64,000 nucleotides of DNA from Marsupella aquatica (lineage: Eukaryota; Plantae; Marchantiophyta): positions 21,457,643 to 21,521,642 of the forward strand of contig OZ316896.1 in NCBI GenBank assembly GCA_973895155.1, written 5' to 3'. A program made the position numbers and the translations under genes. Under the pieces are notes generated by a model. The model made no database searches. It was not told where the DNA came from and was given only the letters and a program-made list of their open reading frames with translations. Positions 23,341 to 36,039 of the stretch are shown here, piece by piece (the stretch's first letter is position 1; every line of letters begins with the position of its first letter).

Positions 23341-24527
23341 CCCGGTTTGAGCTGTCGGACAACTTGTCGTGTTGTCGGACACGACAACTTGTCATTTGTC
23401 GCCCGAAAATGACCCTATTTGTCGCATATTCCTTCTTATGCCCCGGTCCGGCCCCGGCCCGGCCCATTCCCTCCCCGACTCTTCCCGGCCCCTTCCATTC
23501 CCGGCTCGGTCCGGCACCCGGCTCGGCCCGGTCCCTTCCCGGCCCGGCCCCGCATCCCGCCCTGCCCCGCACCCGGCCCGGCCTCACAAACACTAGGTGA
23601 GGGCGGGCCGAGTGCGGGGCCGGGCGGGATGCAGGACCGGGCTGGGAAGGGGCAGGGCCGGGAAGGGAAGGGGCCGGGCCGGGAAGGGGCAGGGCCGGGA
23701 ATGGAAGGGGCCGGGAATGGGAGGGGCCGGGCCGGGAAAGGGCAGGGCCGGGCCGGGAAGGGACCGGGCCGGGAAGGGGAAGGGACCGGGCGGGATATAC
23801 ACAGGGAAGGGGCAGGGCCGGGAAGGGAAGGGGCCGGGCCGGGAAGGGGAAGGGACCGGGCGGGATATACACAGGGAAGGGGCAGGGCCAGGAAGGGGCA
23901 GGGCCGGGAATGGAAGGGGCCGGGCCGGGAAGGGGCAGGGCCGGGCCGGGAAGGGAAGGGACCGGGCCGGGAAGGGGAAGGGATCGGGCCGGGAAGGGGA
24001 AGGGACCGGGCGGGATATACACAGGGAAGGGAAGGGGCCGGGCCGGGAAGGGGCAGGGCCGGGAATGGAAGGGGCCGAGCCGGGAAGGGAAGGGAAGGGG
24101 CCAGGCCGGGAAGGGGCCGGGCCGGGAAGGGAAGGGAAGGGGCCGGGCCGGGAAGGGACCGGGCCGGGAAGGGGAAGGGACCGGGTGGGATATACACAGG
24201 GAAGGGGCAGGGCCGGGAATGGAAGGGGCCGGGAATGGGAGGGGCCGGGCCGGGAAGGGGCAGGGCCGGGAAGGGAAGGGGAAGGGACCGGGCCGGCCAC
24301 ATATACACAGGCCGGGAGAGGGGTGCCGATTCCAAATACACGAGCCGGGCCGGGATTTTCTGGTCGCGACGGGCCGGGCCGGGACGGAACCGGGTAACAT
24401 TCCGGGGATAGTAGCCGGGCCGGGAATTACCGGCCCAGAGCCGGACCGGGGACCGGGGTGGACCGGGTGACAACTTGTCGGTTGTCGAGTCCAAAGACCT
24501 CTATTTGTCGGACAAGTCCAAACCGGG
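23341..24527. mobile_element. Non-autonomous TIR element with GC-rich minisatellite core and 8-bp TSD
   Basis: TIR CCCGGTTTG / CAAACCGGG with GACAACTTGTC subterminal motifs; TSD CATCCAAC at 23333-23340 and 24528-24535; internal GGGCCGGGAAGGGG repeats. Confidence 0.9.
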
Positions 24528-24954
24528 CATCCAACAGAGTATCTTTTGCCTTGAAAACCCAAAGCACCATCCAACATAGGATAGATACTTAGACGTCCTG
24601 CTTTGGAGCATGCATTTCTATGTAGGGTAGCCACAAGGAAACAATACCCAAGAATCCTACAAGACCAGATCACGAGAGAGAGTATTAAACCAGAACCCAA
24701 AGTGGACAACCAGGGCTGAGGAGATAATCAATTCTCCCACCACTACACCCCACCCACACACATACCCTCCACACATATGGAGTGTGGAGGGAGGATTGAA
24801 CATGGGACCTCTCGGTTCTAGGAGCTAGACTGGCTCTTGATCAAGTTTGTAGGTGTGAGTTGGAATTTGAAATGCACTTAAGCTTATAAGATAGATCACT
24901 CCACTAAGTCAGTAAATAAATGGAAAGTTAGTTTGTATAAGAATACAATCCTTA

Positions 24955-25180
24955 CTTGCATGGTCCAAGGACGACCGGCCCATAGGGAGTCAGCCAGGGC
25001 ATTTATGGGGCAGCATGGGGAAGCATATATGTGCCAGGACCCACGGGTGCCCATTTCTTTGATCAATGGTCAGAGGAAACAGCCAAACAAATCCAACGGA
25101 CTGTGGATCTTCCCTGTCAGGGAACTTTTTTGTATTGGGATGAAGGACAAAAAAATGTGCTAAGATCACTTATTATAGTT
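24955..25180 (+). repeat. Dispersed repeat (inverted copy at ~48895-49140)
   Basis: CCGGCCCATAGG...GGGTGCCCATTT...ATCAATGGTCAGA...GGAACTTTTTTGTATTGGGATGAA shared in reverse complement. Confidence 0.85.
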
Positions 25181-25463
25181 GTAAATATCTGTGTATCTAC
25201 TTCTACTAGACACTATAATCAACCAATTCTTCATTGAACTAAAAGCCAAACCGTTGTGAACTAAGTTGTTTGCTTTATGAGATTTTGCATCACTAACTAA
25301 GGTTGAACTTGCCAGAAACCCACCCTGTAAGCCTGCCCTCCTCCCACATCGCTGCAAGACTATTCTGCTCCCTCCCCTCAGCGTCGTGCAACTACCTTGC
25401 CTGGACCCTACAATTCCTCACTGGTCTCATGCCCCCTTCATACCCCCTGCCCCCTAGGTGTAC

Positions 25464-25938
25464 CCCGGGTATGCAACTCCCCTTTTTATATGACAAGTTT
25501 TTAATTCCTTATAATGGTCATATATCCAATTGACCATCTTAGATTTTATTTTAGTCTTCTAAAATCTTGTACCTCTCAACTTAAGAAATCCAAAAATGTA
25601 ACTTAAAAAGAAAACCAAACATGTTTTGATGTACTAAAAGTTGATCAAAACCAAATTATATGGGTTTTTTTTAATACAGGGGTCTACAACCAAACTAGCC
25701 AGCTTTTCAGGATTTTTATTAAAATTTTAAAAATCTTTTAATAAAAATTCCAGCATGTGTAGGAATATTTTTTAATTTCATATGGAAAAGGAAGAAAACC
25801 AAACCTTTTACATGACTTGAAAATTTAAAAAAGTGGAAAACCCAGGTTTTTTGAAATTTTATTATTTGGAATAGCCAACTTTTTAGTCCATATAAAAATG
25901 TAGACCCCTGCCGATTATACAAGAGTTGCGTACCCGGG
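25464..25938. mobile_element. MITE (475 bp) with 8-bp TSD
   Basis: 16-bp TIR CCCGGGTATGCAACTC / GAGTTGCGTACCCGGG (1 mismatch); TSD AGGTGTAC at 25456-25463 and 25939-25946; AT-rich interior. Confidence 0.93.
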
Positions 25939-27574
25939 AGGTGTACCCACTCCCTTGTGAGCCCTCTGCAACCCTCCTCCTCCCTCCTGTTGGAGCTATG
26001 GAGGGGAGGAGAGCGGGCAGATAATGAGAAACCTTAGTTTTGCTTCCTCACAATGAGTGGACACATGCTGCATTGCTATTGTCCGTCTCACATGCCATTG
26101 CAGTCCCGGCATCTTCCCAAAAAATATCACTTTTGTAACAACAGTATTGACCATAATAAGAACCACCTATTTAACAAAAACAAGGTCTAAGTGAACACTG
26201 TGAAAATCACGGTATGGTGTATAGACTATAATTGCAACCCACCCAACAAAAACAATAAGTGAAAACTTTGAGAATCACAGCATAATTGCATAGACACGTG
26301 GCCACAACAATCAATCATATGTATGCAATTGCAACACAATTGAAACAACAATTGACTCATCATATAGGCCATCATATAGGCCAGAACTACACTGTAAGTT
26401 GTAATTGTTGGAAAACACTTGCTCGTAAGTTGCTTAAGGAGATTAGGACCTACACTTAAGCTAATAGGCACCTCCACACTTACTTACTTGCGGCCATCTT
26501 TTCCACTTTCGATTCTAGGTTATTACCCTTCCTCCGTTGATTTTCCTTTTACCCTGATCCCTACTTAGAGTGAGCCCTGCGATCAGTCCTATGTAGCAAT
26601 AGATTATTAGTGGCACCAACAGTAATGATAACTGTGTACACCAGCGAGCTTGGGCTCAAATTTAAAGTTCCCCTTACCTCCACAACACTTCTTTATTGAA
26701 TGAATTACTTGCTTCTAGCCTTGACAACACCTAAGTTAGTGCCTCAACAAGTTTCTGCACTCACCTCCACTAGTCTCACCACACCTAGACTTTTTCTGTA
26801 CATGCCTTGGTCTCAACATAGATCACGAAGTACTTAGCCAATGATTGCATGTACTATACTACTGCCGCCGATTGTAACAGTAATCAATTTTGCAGCTTAG
26901 TCACCTAAATATGGGTGCTAGGGCAATCCCATCCCTGCAAACCATTTTCATCTTTTGACTTTGCCTAGGATCTGCCGACTTTGCCTAGGTGAAGGATCGG
27001 AATCAATCGTCTGCATGATCAAAGGTTATCTGAAAATACGGTGTTAATTGAAACACATTTAAAATTAACAGAACCGGGATCTAAGCCTGCTTCATGTGCC
27101 ATATAGCTGTCAGTAGATGATTTCCAACAAGGAGAAAAATTGAATCTAGCATACCATCATCAATTCACCCCGAACGATTAAGTCTGTAAGGATGATTCTT
27201 TAAAATGAGCTGACGATATATGCCAACAAACAAATTTGTGATTTCCACGATCATTCTGAAATTGACTGGAATTCAAACAGAAATGCGATCAATTGAATTC
27301 TTGATCACTACTTGTTACCCATTGAAGCACAAATAATTCGTATATGAAAATCTAAAAGGTTATATACGGAGGAGCTTCGGAATCCCTCCATTGATGCAAA
27401 TTTAACTCGGTCCTGATCTGAACGAACTCGACAATTTATAGAAGTCTGCTTCATCGATCACCCTCGTGAATTTGATCTCAGCATGACGTTCATGATCATA
27501 TGCTGCATGCAATTTCATCACCACAGATTCATCAATGCCCGTTGAATTGAACCGTCGTAATCTCTCGGAAATTT

Positions 27575-28394
27575 CTATGGATTGGATGGAAACCAGAGAC
27601 CCAAAGTGTCTGCTGTGTCGGTGGAATCCAAGGAGCTAGGGATAGCAATTCCTGCACGGTTTGAACAACACGAACGTGTTACAGAGCAAAACAGTCGATC
27701 GCCCCACGGCTTTTGAATACAGCTCGACGTATTGCCTAGGCTAGCCGAGTCAAAAATGCAAATGGAGGAGTTCTCGTCCAGCTATTTATATCCATCTAGG
27801 AAACGTGTTCACCGTCTAGAGAACTTGTTCAAATCAAAGTTCAATCGAATGAAATCGCGAAAGGCGTAATCTACTGGAACGGAAATCAGACCTAGCGGAG
27901 TATCTCAATCGATGGAATTAGTGGGCGGAGAGTGGTGAGTACGCACCATCGCAGACGTATCCCTCGGGAACGGAAATCTTGCATCTCATTGGAAGTTCGG
28001 TTATCTTCTGGATGGTCACAACCCCGTCAGGTATTTGAGAGCGGTAACGCGCAAACAGAGAGCAAAGGCAGGTGCGTCCACTCGCCTGCAACCGATTGCA
28101 GCATTCAGTAGTGGGAGCTACGGAAATGATCGACACCGCAGGAATGCAAGGGGTGAACTGCTTCAACTCATCTTCAGCAGGTTGGTGTGCACATCCCTTC
28201 AAATTGGAAGAATCGGTAGTCGAATGGCTCTCCAGACGTTGGTCATCCTCCGCCTCTCTTGCTGGTACTTGGGATGCTACCGACGCACTTGGTACTATTC
28301 TTTGGCCCGTGACGACCGTGCTGATCCCGAGATCTGACCCCATCAACAGAGCCAGAAACAAGGCAGTAACCAATGACACAACCTTCGACTCCAT
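27575..28394 (-). CDS. Non-specific lipid transfer protein (type D-like), exons 28394-27947 and 27651-27575
   Basis: Signal peptide MESKVVSLV..., 8-Cys motif with CC and CLC, donor 4 nt after last Cys (TGC GAT G|GT), acceptor GTGCAG|GA giving GIAIPSS...SNP*. Confidence 0.85.
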
Positions 28395-29666
28395 ACTCTT
28401 ACGCGGCACCACTGTCAAATTTGTGAATGTAAAACCCCTTTAGCTTGAAATCGGTCAATTGATCGGTGTGTTCAGCACGAAATCGTTCAATTGGTCGGCA
28501 GTTCAGCTTCGTTTCCCTGATTGAGAACTATGCTGCAATCAAAACAATCATCAACTACAGCGAGATTGAAATTGTGAAGAATCACAGTCACAACCTCCTG
28601 ACGAGAACTGTGATGCAATCGAAAACAATCATCAGCTACAGCGAGCTTGCAGTTATGAGGAATCACACAACCTACTGACTACCATTAAATCACTTGTGTC
28701 AACGTGACTGGGCACTCATTTGACACTTCCTTCGGTAGTAGACTTTCTGGTTGGAGTCCGGGAATGGAAACATGCATGACTTTTTAATCAGTTTGACTGC
28801 ATGGTTGTGTATTAGATCTACCGTCAGTAGCTGAACTTTCAGATGTTGTGATGGGTTTGGAACAACCCAAGTGATCCAGACCAAACGAAATCACCAATTT
28901 GTCTCATAAGCTTTGCGTGAATCTGAACAACCCAAGTGATCGAGACCTGTGATAGACCTTGATACATCTTACATCAACGTACCCAAAATCTAATGGGGTT
29001 GGTAAGTTGGGGAAAACCGTTTTGTTTTGGGTTCATCAAACAAATATCTGCGCTGGGCCAGATAAACTATTTTTGAACAGCCCCCACAGACTGAACTTTT
29101 TGTACCAACTGGACCCCGCTTAATGATCCTTACAATGAGTTCTTTTCTAAACAAATAAAATAAATAGTTTTTGTCCCTGACTTACACGTGGCTGTAAACT
29201 TGTGTGCAATGGCTTTTCCTGGTGCATCATATGCAGCGAAGAGTGCACATACGCAGCTCTGGGTGCCAGTAGCACAACTGGTTCTGAAGCACAATAATAT
29301 TTTGAATATTGTCTTCAATCGGAGGTACAATTTTTTCACCAACAGTACTTTTTGCTCACGCATGCCGTTTGGGCAAGGGTAAACAGCCAACATTGGGTGT
29401 TTTCGAAGACGACATGGAAATTGTCTTCATGTCGTGCACTTAGTATTTTTTTGCACCGAGAGGGTTTTATGCTCACCCATGTCATTCAATATGGTGTCAA
29501 ACTCTTGGGAGGGAGGTGCATGTAAAATCTTCATGTAATCCTTGCATCTTCTTGTGTGTTCTTTGCAGTAACTGAAATGCATATGTAGACTTATTAGAAT
29601 GAAATGCACTTTTGTTTATTTGTTGTTTAGTGAGGATCAAGATGAACTCATGAAAACTGTAGTTTT

Positions 29667-29761
29667 AGGCCCAAATTCAGTTATCCATCCTGCACTTAGG
29701 CCCAAATACACTTATCCATCCTGCACTTAGGCCCAAATACAGTTACCCATCCTGCACTTAG
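29667..29761. repeat. ~31-bp tandem repeat x3
   Basis: AGGCCCAAAT(T/A)CA(G/C)TTATCCATCCTGCACTT repeated. Confidence 0.88.
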
Positions 29762-32700
29762 ACACTGGACTAAACTACGAGTGGTCAGTCAAGGTCGTCT
29801 TGGTCAGGTACGAGCTACCGGTTGGGGTTGGTTGTTGGCCATACTTCCCATCTCTTTTGAAGCGCTCCTGTTTCTGGAATATACTTGGTATTTATAACTA
29901 AGGAACACTCAGGTAGAACTTGGCTCTACTGTAGTTGTTCCAGCCAATTATTGGACAAAGACTTGTATAAATGCCGACCAGGCGGACCAGCGCTGTTGTT
30001 GATCACCACACTTGAGTTCGGCCATTAATCCTCGAGATTGTCAATAATATTGCATGGTGCCATGGTAGAATGAGTGTGGTGAGCTATACTCTGGAAAGTC
30101 GGTCCGTGAAGTGACCCAAGCTCGACGACGTTCATTATAATTGCTAAATAAACCTCTTACTGTTTCCATATTTTATTTCATCGTTTGACTATGAAAGAAA
30201 ACATCTCATATATTCAACAGTTGATTTTGAAATATATTTTTTAATTTTTTTATGTGAATAAAATGATATTAATATTATCATGCATGTTCATCTTTTTGAC
30301 ATACATAATATCTCATAGTTCTTTCCATATATGGGCATGAATTTGGTGGCGCCCTATGGGTTAGTGTCTAGAGATTTCAGCTTTTGTTTGCGATTTATTT
30401 ATGAGATATAATTTATATTAGTTTGGTATAGCACTACAATAAGTAATTTTGCAGAATTTTTCATGTGGTCAACTTACATCACATCATTTTGATAGGAAGC
30501 ATGCTTGAATTGGCCGTCTGATTATGCTGACCCTTGTTCTTGATCATGAGATGGGCCTGAAGGGATCTCTATGCACCTTTTCATGCCTGGGTCCATGCCA
30601 AGCTTGTCAATTCTTGAAATCTAGTTTTCAGACAGACTTTCCAACTCTTTGCAGTGTTTGACTGCCTGAGTCAGTGTTCATTTACTTGTTGGCTGACTAC
30701 ATTTTCTGCTTGAAAGGGGGCTTGACAGGGGGCTTGACATCACTTATTATCAACAACTTTGTGCAACTCATAGACTGGCCAGAGTACGTTTCGTTGTGTA
30801 CGTTTTGACTTTTTTGCTAGCCAATGTTGACTCTGTGAAGGAGAGATGCTCAAAATATTCTTTATGTGATTTTACTAGAATATTTTACTGACCATTTTAT
30901 GATAGTTAGAGACCATTTGATGATGGGGCCTGTGATTTAGATGGGACAGTGGCTAATGAGACAAAGAAAAACTAACAATTTTTTGCCAAGTGGTTAAGAA
31001 TTTATAGGGAGGTGGAATCTGGCTAATTTTTGCCACTAAAATAAATGCAGGTCCACTTTCCCTAGAGTGACTACCAAATATTAGTCAATGGAGACCACTT
31101 GGAAGTGACACACCATGTACAATGAAGCATAGACTCATTCAAATGGGGGAGCATAAACTCCCAAAGATTTGTGTAAGAACAAGACATGTTTAATTCACTA
31201 GTCAGCTTTAAAGAACCCAAGGTCTATGTAATTGTAGCAACAAAATTTCTTGAAGTTTTTAAGAATTATAAAATTGGGAATGGCCAGATTTAAGGAAAGA
31301 AACGGTGAGACAAAATTTATATTGCTTGTAAGATAGGGGGTTATAGTACAAAACCCAGTTGGGTTTGAGATGCTCTCATGAGTCCAAGACCTTCACAGCA
31401 GTCGTTTACCAGGGAGAAAGTAGAATCGATCTACACAGGCAAAGAACTTACCTATTGTAATAATTCTAGCAGACAAGTGTTGCGTCAGCTGGAGAAAGAA
31501 CGCGTCTCAAAAGTGGCTGACCCCACAGACTGTAGCTTGGACATTGCTCGAGAATTGCTACACTCAGGCTATTGATGAGATAACCAATAAGACAAACAGA
31601 ATCTCCCAAATCATACTGTAGATTTTAGGCTAGTTTACGTCAGGAAAGCTCTCTAATGTAGACAATTCTCCCTTTGCGGCTTCCCCTTGACTGTCTCCTT
31701 TTGGAAAGGTTTTGTACCTAGAGAATTGAAGGCGATATATGTTTGATGGGCCATGTGGTGAAACTTTTTTACGTGATGGGACCCCACCAAACTTTTTCTA
31801 CCTAATAGGCCCATATGTACTAAACTTTTTTCACATAGTAGACCCCCTACTTACTGTTCTTGTGAGGTGCTGAACTATGTAGTTGACCACAACGGGGTTC
31901 TAAATAGGGCAGCGACGGGTTTACGCATGAAGACATATTGCATTATGTATTCGTGTGTTGTGAGGGGTTTAGGGTTGTTGTCAATACCTGACAATCGTCG
32001 CTCTTTAATTCTTTGTGTTGCTAGAGGGAAGCGCTTGGGTTTTGTTGATGCTTGGGCTTGTGTCGATGCTCGATGCTCGGGTTTTGTCAATACCTTCAGG
32101 TTGCTGATTGAAGCCCAGTCTGTGCCTAGTGCCTAGTGACAGAAAATGAGTGCCCAATGGCAAGTGACAAAAAAAGTGCTAGTAAAAGTACCAAGATCAT
32201 GATGACCACACATGTCCTCCAAACTGATAGTTGTGATCAAAAACATCGAGAAAACCCTGTGTGAAGCACGTGAAAGTAAACCCTATGACTACCCCACAAT
32301 ACAGTAAAAATTCAAATCTAAAGACATAATTCATATTGTCTTCACTTTGCAGTTTGTGTAGCGTATGCGGTTCAAATCCGAAGACATAATACATATTGTC
32401 TTCAGTTTGCACTTTGGGTAGTGGCGGCCACAATTCCGCAGTTCCCCTAACAGCATCGTTTGACCATGTAAGGTTGGGTGTGGGGTTTGACGGTGCAGTT
32501 GATCATTGCATCAAGCAAAAATTGGTTAAAGTGACTGCTAGAAGAACAACTAATACAAAAGTGTAATAGGGGGACTGTTAAGTAAAAAACCTTTTATTAG
32601 GGGCCCACCAGGTAAAAAAGTTAGACTAGATGGCCCATCGAACATATACCTTATAATTGAACCACATAGGCAACTTGGGAAAAGAGATTGATCGCATGCA

Positions 32701-33489
32701 AGAAGCTCCATTGTCCACAATGTCATCCGTACGTAGTCAATTTGGTCAAAATGGTCAAACAAGGTTTAGCCATTTAGATGTGTGGTGATGTGCTCCAGAT
32801 GAAACAAGTCTGGGTCAATTTAAATGGTCAAGCGTCGTTTGACCATTTTGATTTCATTTTTACAAAGCATTAATAGACTCAATATTTTGTGGTTATACAG
32901 TAAACTTTGAAAGAATTCCTTCTTTCATCTGGGTACACTGTAGCATTTAGATGTGCATGTGATGTGCTCGAGTTCCTATTGCAATTTATTCACTTAGTGG
33001 AGCTCAATCTGTCATCACTAATACCATTGATAACATTCCCACATGTGGAAACCCTTGATAATTGCCCATTTAGCAAAAAGATGTAAAGCACACACTCATC
33101 GATATGTGGATGTTCTTGCGCTGGGCAGGTATAGGGTTTGGCATCTACTAGCCAGGTAAAGGTATAGTGGACACCTATAATCAGCAAGGTATAGTATTGA
33201 AGTGGTATAAAGGAAAAACTTATCAAGATATATTTTTAAAAATAGTAGATATGCTCTGACGTTTAGGGACACCACAATGTATCTCCATAGTAGTTTTTGT
33301 CCGCTAAACAAAATAACCTATTCATGGATATATTGCATATATTTTTGGTACCTTCCATTTTCAATTTTTTGGGTACATATGCCTTTTCTGCACTAGAGAG
33401 GATTGCAAAAAAGGAGAGGATGAAAGTTGTTTTCATGAATTCAAGAAGCACTTAACAGTTGGCTTCTCTATTTGGCCACCAGGGTGTTG

Positions 33490-33818
33490 AATTGATGACT
33501 CCTCTTATTTTGGAAACCAGAGTCCTGAATTGAAGGCTCCTATTTTTGGAAACCAGACTCATGAATTCATGACTCCTCTTTCTTTGGAAACTAGAGTCAT
33601 GAATTCATGCTCTTCTTTCTGGAAACCAGAGTCATGAATTCATGACTCCTTCTTTATTTGGAAACTAGACACAATCATGATTTCATGACTCCGCTTCTTG
33701 CTTTGGAAACTAGAGTCATGATTTCATGACTTCTCTTTTTGGAAACCAAAGTCACGAATTCATGTAGATCTCCTCTTTTTTTGGAAACTAGAGTCATGAA
33801 TTCATGACTCCTCTGGAA
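33490..33818. repeat. ~38-bp tandem array with palindromic core
   Basis: GGAAAC(C/T)AGAGTCATGAATTCATGACTCC unit about 8 times; core GAGTCATGAATTCATGACTC is a perfect 20-bp palindrome. Confidence 0.9.
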
Positions 33819-34970
33819 AGGGTAAAGATTCATAATCAAGCACTTTGCTCATCTCTTTGGAAACCTTTGTTTTGCTTGTGTACTTCGGACTCTTTCACCC
33901 GGGGGTTTCACCATTGTTTTTTAGGTTCTGGTAGGCATTGCAGGGTACTTGAGATCGACAAGACGGAATCTAGCAATTTGAAATAGGCAATCCTTAATCT
34001 AGTGAACCGCATTGAGGAAAAGGATGGGAAATGGATGTTGGAACAATTAAGAGCATGACAGAGAGGGGGCCAGAGGGATCTTGTCCAGACTCAAAAGGAT
34101 AATTTTATTGGAGGACCTGAGTAGATTATAGGAAACTGAGGTGAATGAACCGGATGAAGTGGGGATGGGACACAAGAAGTAGAACTTTAGAGTCTACGCT
34201 AGATTTGCCATTCTCTAGGTGTTGGGGAAAATACTTAGTAATGGTGTGAGTTTGACAGTAATATTTTGCAATTTTGTCAACTGGTGTAATAATTGGAGTA
34301 CTTGGTTACAATTCCTTGTTTGAACATCATGAAATTTGGAATAAGGAGTCATCCGACAAGGTATTCTTGCTATACACCTTACATTCATTCATCTGGTCAG
34401 TTCTTGGAGATCATTACCAGCATCTCAAGATTTTCCAACCTAAATCTATGTTGATACAAAACCAAATTTTAATTGTTTTTTTTTTTTGGTGGTACATCAA
34501 TAGGCTATCTCTCCCTCAGTCTGTACATGGGAGTTGCTACAAACCAGGTATAGCAAAATTGATACCTGCTGGGAAAAGCCAATACCAGCAAGGTTGGGTT
34601 TTATAAAAGGTATAGTGAAAATTGATACATGTCAGACCAGGTATTGCAGTGATTTACCTATAACAGACTGCAAGAGCCTGCAGCCACGTACGTAACTTCC
34701 CCCCAGCATTGGTTTGCACTTATCAAGTAGTGCAACCCCCAGTTGAGTGCACACTGGATCCTGTTACTGGGAGAGAGAAAACTCTATGAGGTGGGGTCTG
34801 ATCTGATGGAGGAGGAAAAAATTTCAAATGAGGTCTAGTGGGATTGGAAAGTGATTAGAATCATTTGAACCTTTAGGGCCTGTCTAGCTACTCTATGTGG
34901 ACTCTGATGGCCGAGGAGAAGATTTAGCACAATCCAACTCAAAAACTTCCAGAAAGTGCACCGGGACCTA

Positions 34971-35800
34971 GCCTTAGGAGGCTCTTGCACTAGTAGTTGT
35001 GGTTTTAGAAAACACTTAAATCGATTGTACCCCCACCAGCCAAAACAAAAGCGCCTTAGGAGGCTCTTGCACTAGTAGTTGTGGTTTTAGAAAACACTTA
35101 AATCGATTGTACCCCCACCAGCCAAAACAAAAGCCTGGATGGACCGAGACAACCTGCCCATCCCCAAGGACTGCGTCAAGCAATTGTCACTTTTACACTA
35201 ACAATAAAAAGGAACTGGTTGCGGATCGCAGTTGACAATTTCAACTACCTTGGGGAGAAAGTAGGCAAATTGTGACGGTGATCCTGAGTAAGGGCATGAA
35301 GTCTTGACGTCTTTTAGGTTCAAGGTACAAAAGTTGTCAAATTACTGAGGAAATTAACCAGTTTGATAATGTAATTCATTCAAACCGGGTACAAAAAGGT
35401 AAGGAAACCATTCACAGGTCACATTTCAGTCAAAAATGTAAAATGTGTTATCTGAGCCAGTTGAATATTCTGAGCAAGTCCATAATCTTTGCCAGTCCAT
35501 CTGGGCTTCCTAGAAGTGGAGGTCATCCAGGCTTCAATTTCCAATTCACACCCAGCCAGTGAAACAATAATTCTGTAATGTCTAAAACGGATGTTAGAGG
35601 CTCTGGGCTTCCTAGACAAAGTGGAGGTCATCCAGGCTTTAATTTCACACCCAGCCAGTGAAACAATAATTTTGTAATGTCTAAAACGGATGTTAGAGGC
35701 TCTGGGCTTCCTAGACAAAGTGGAGGTCATCCAGGCTTCAATTTCACACCCAGCCAGTGAAACAATAATTATGTAATGTCTACAACGGATGTTAGAGGCT
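34971..35800. repeat. 82-bp tandem duplication (34971-35134) and ~99-bp tandem triplication (35500-35800) upstream of MFS copy 2
   Basis: GCCTTAGGAGGCTC...CAAAACAAAA at 34971 and 35053; TCTGGGCTTCCTAGA...GGATGTTAGAGGC at ~35500, 35602, 35701. Confidence 0.9.
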
Positions 35801-36039
35801 CCTGTATTACTGTGACATGAAAGTTTGACGTAGATCAATGTCGAGGATATAGAGTGCGAGTCTGAACTTTTCCGAAACTATCTACCGTGCTTGACGTCTC
35901 TGCAATCGGAGATTGAAGATCAGTGTAGGCCAAGTACGAAAGATATCCGTCGACATGACTGAGACTGAGGTTTTCTCTTAGAGATTGCGCAGTAGAGAAG
36001 ACCAGCGAATTGGAGGCAGCAGCTGCGCCAACAGGGAAA

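Noticed and set aside
23297-24709. Long Pro/Gly/Arg-rich ORFs on both strands (extensin- or collagen-like)
   Set aside because: Open in nearly all frames because the GC-rich repeat lacks stop codons; lies inside a TIR/TSD-bounded element
24785-24825. tRNA or tRNA-derived SINE (B-box-like GTTCAATCC on minus strand)
   Set aside because: No cloverleaf, convincing A box or TSD seen
35419-35838. 139-aa repetitive ORF
   Set aside because: Product of the 99-bp tandem repeat
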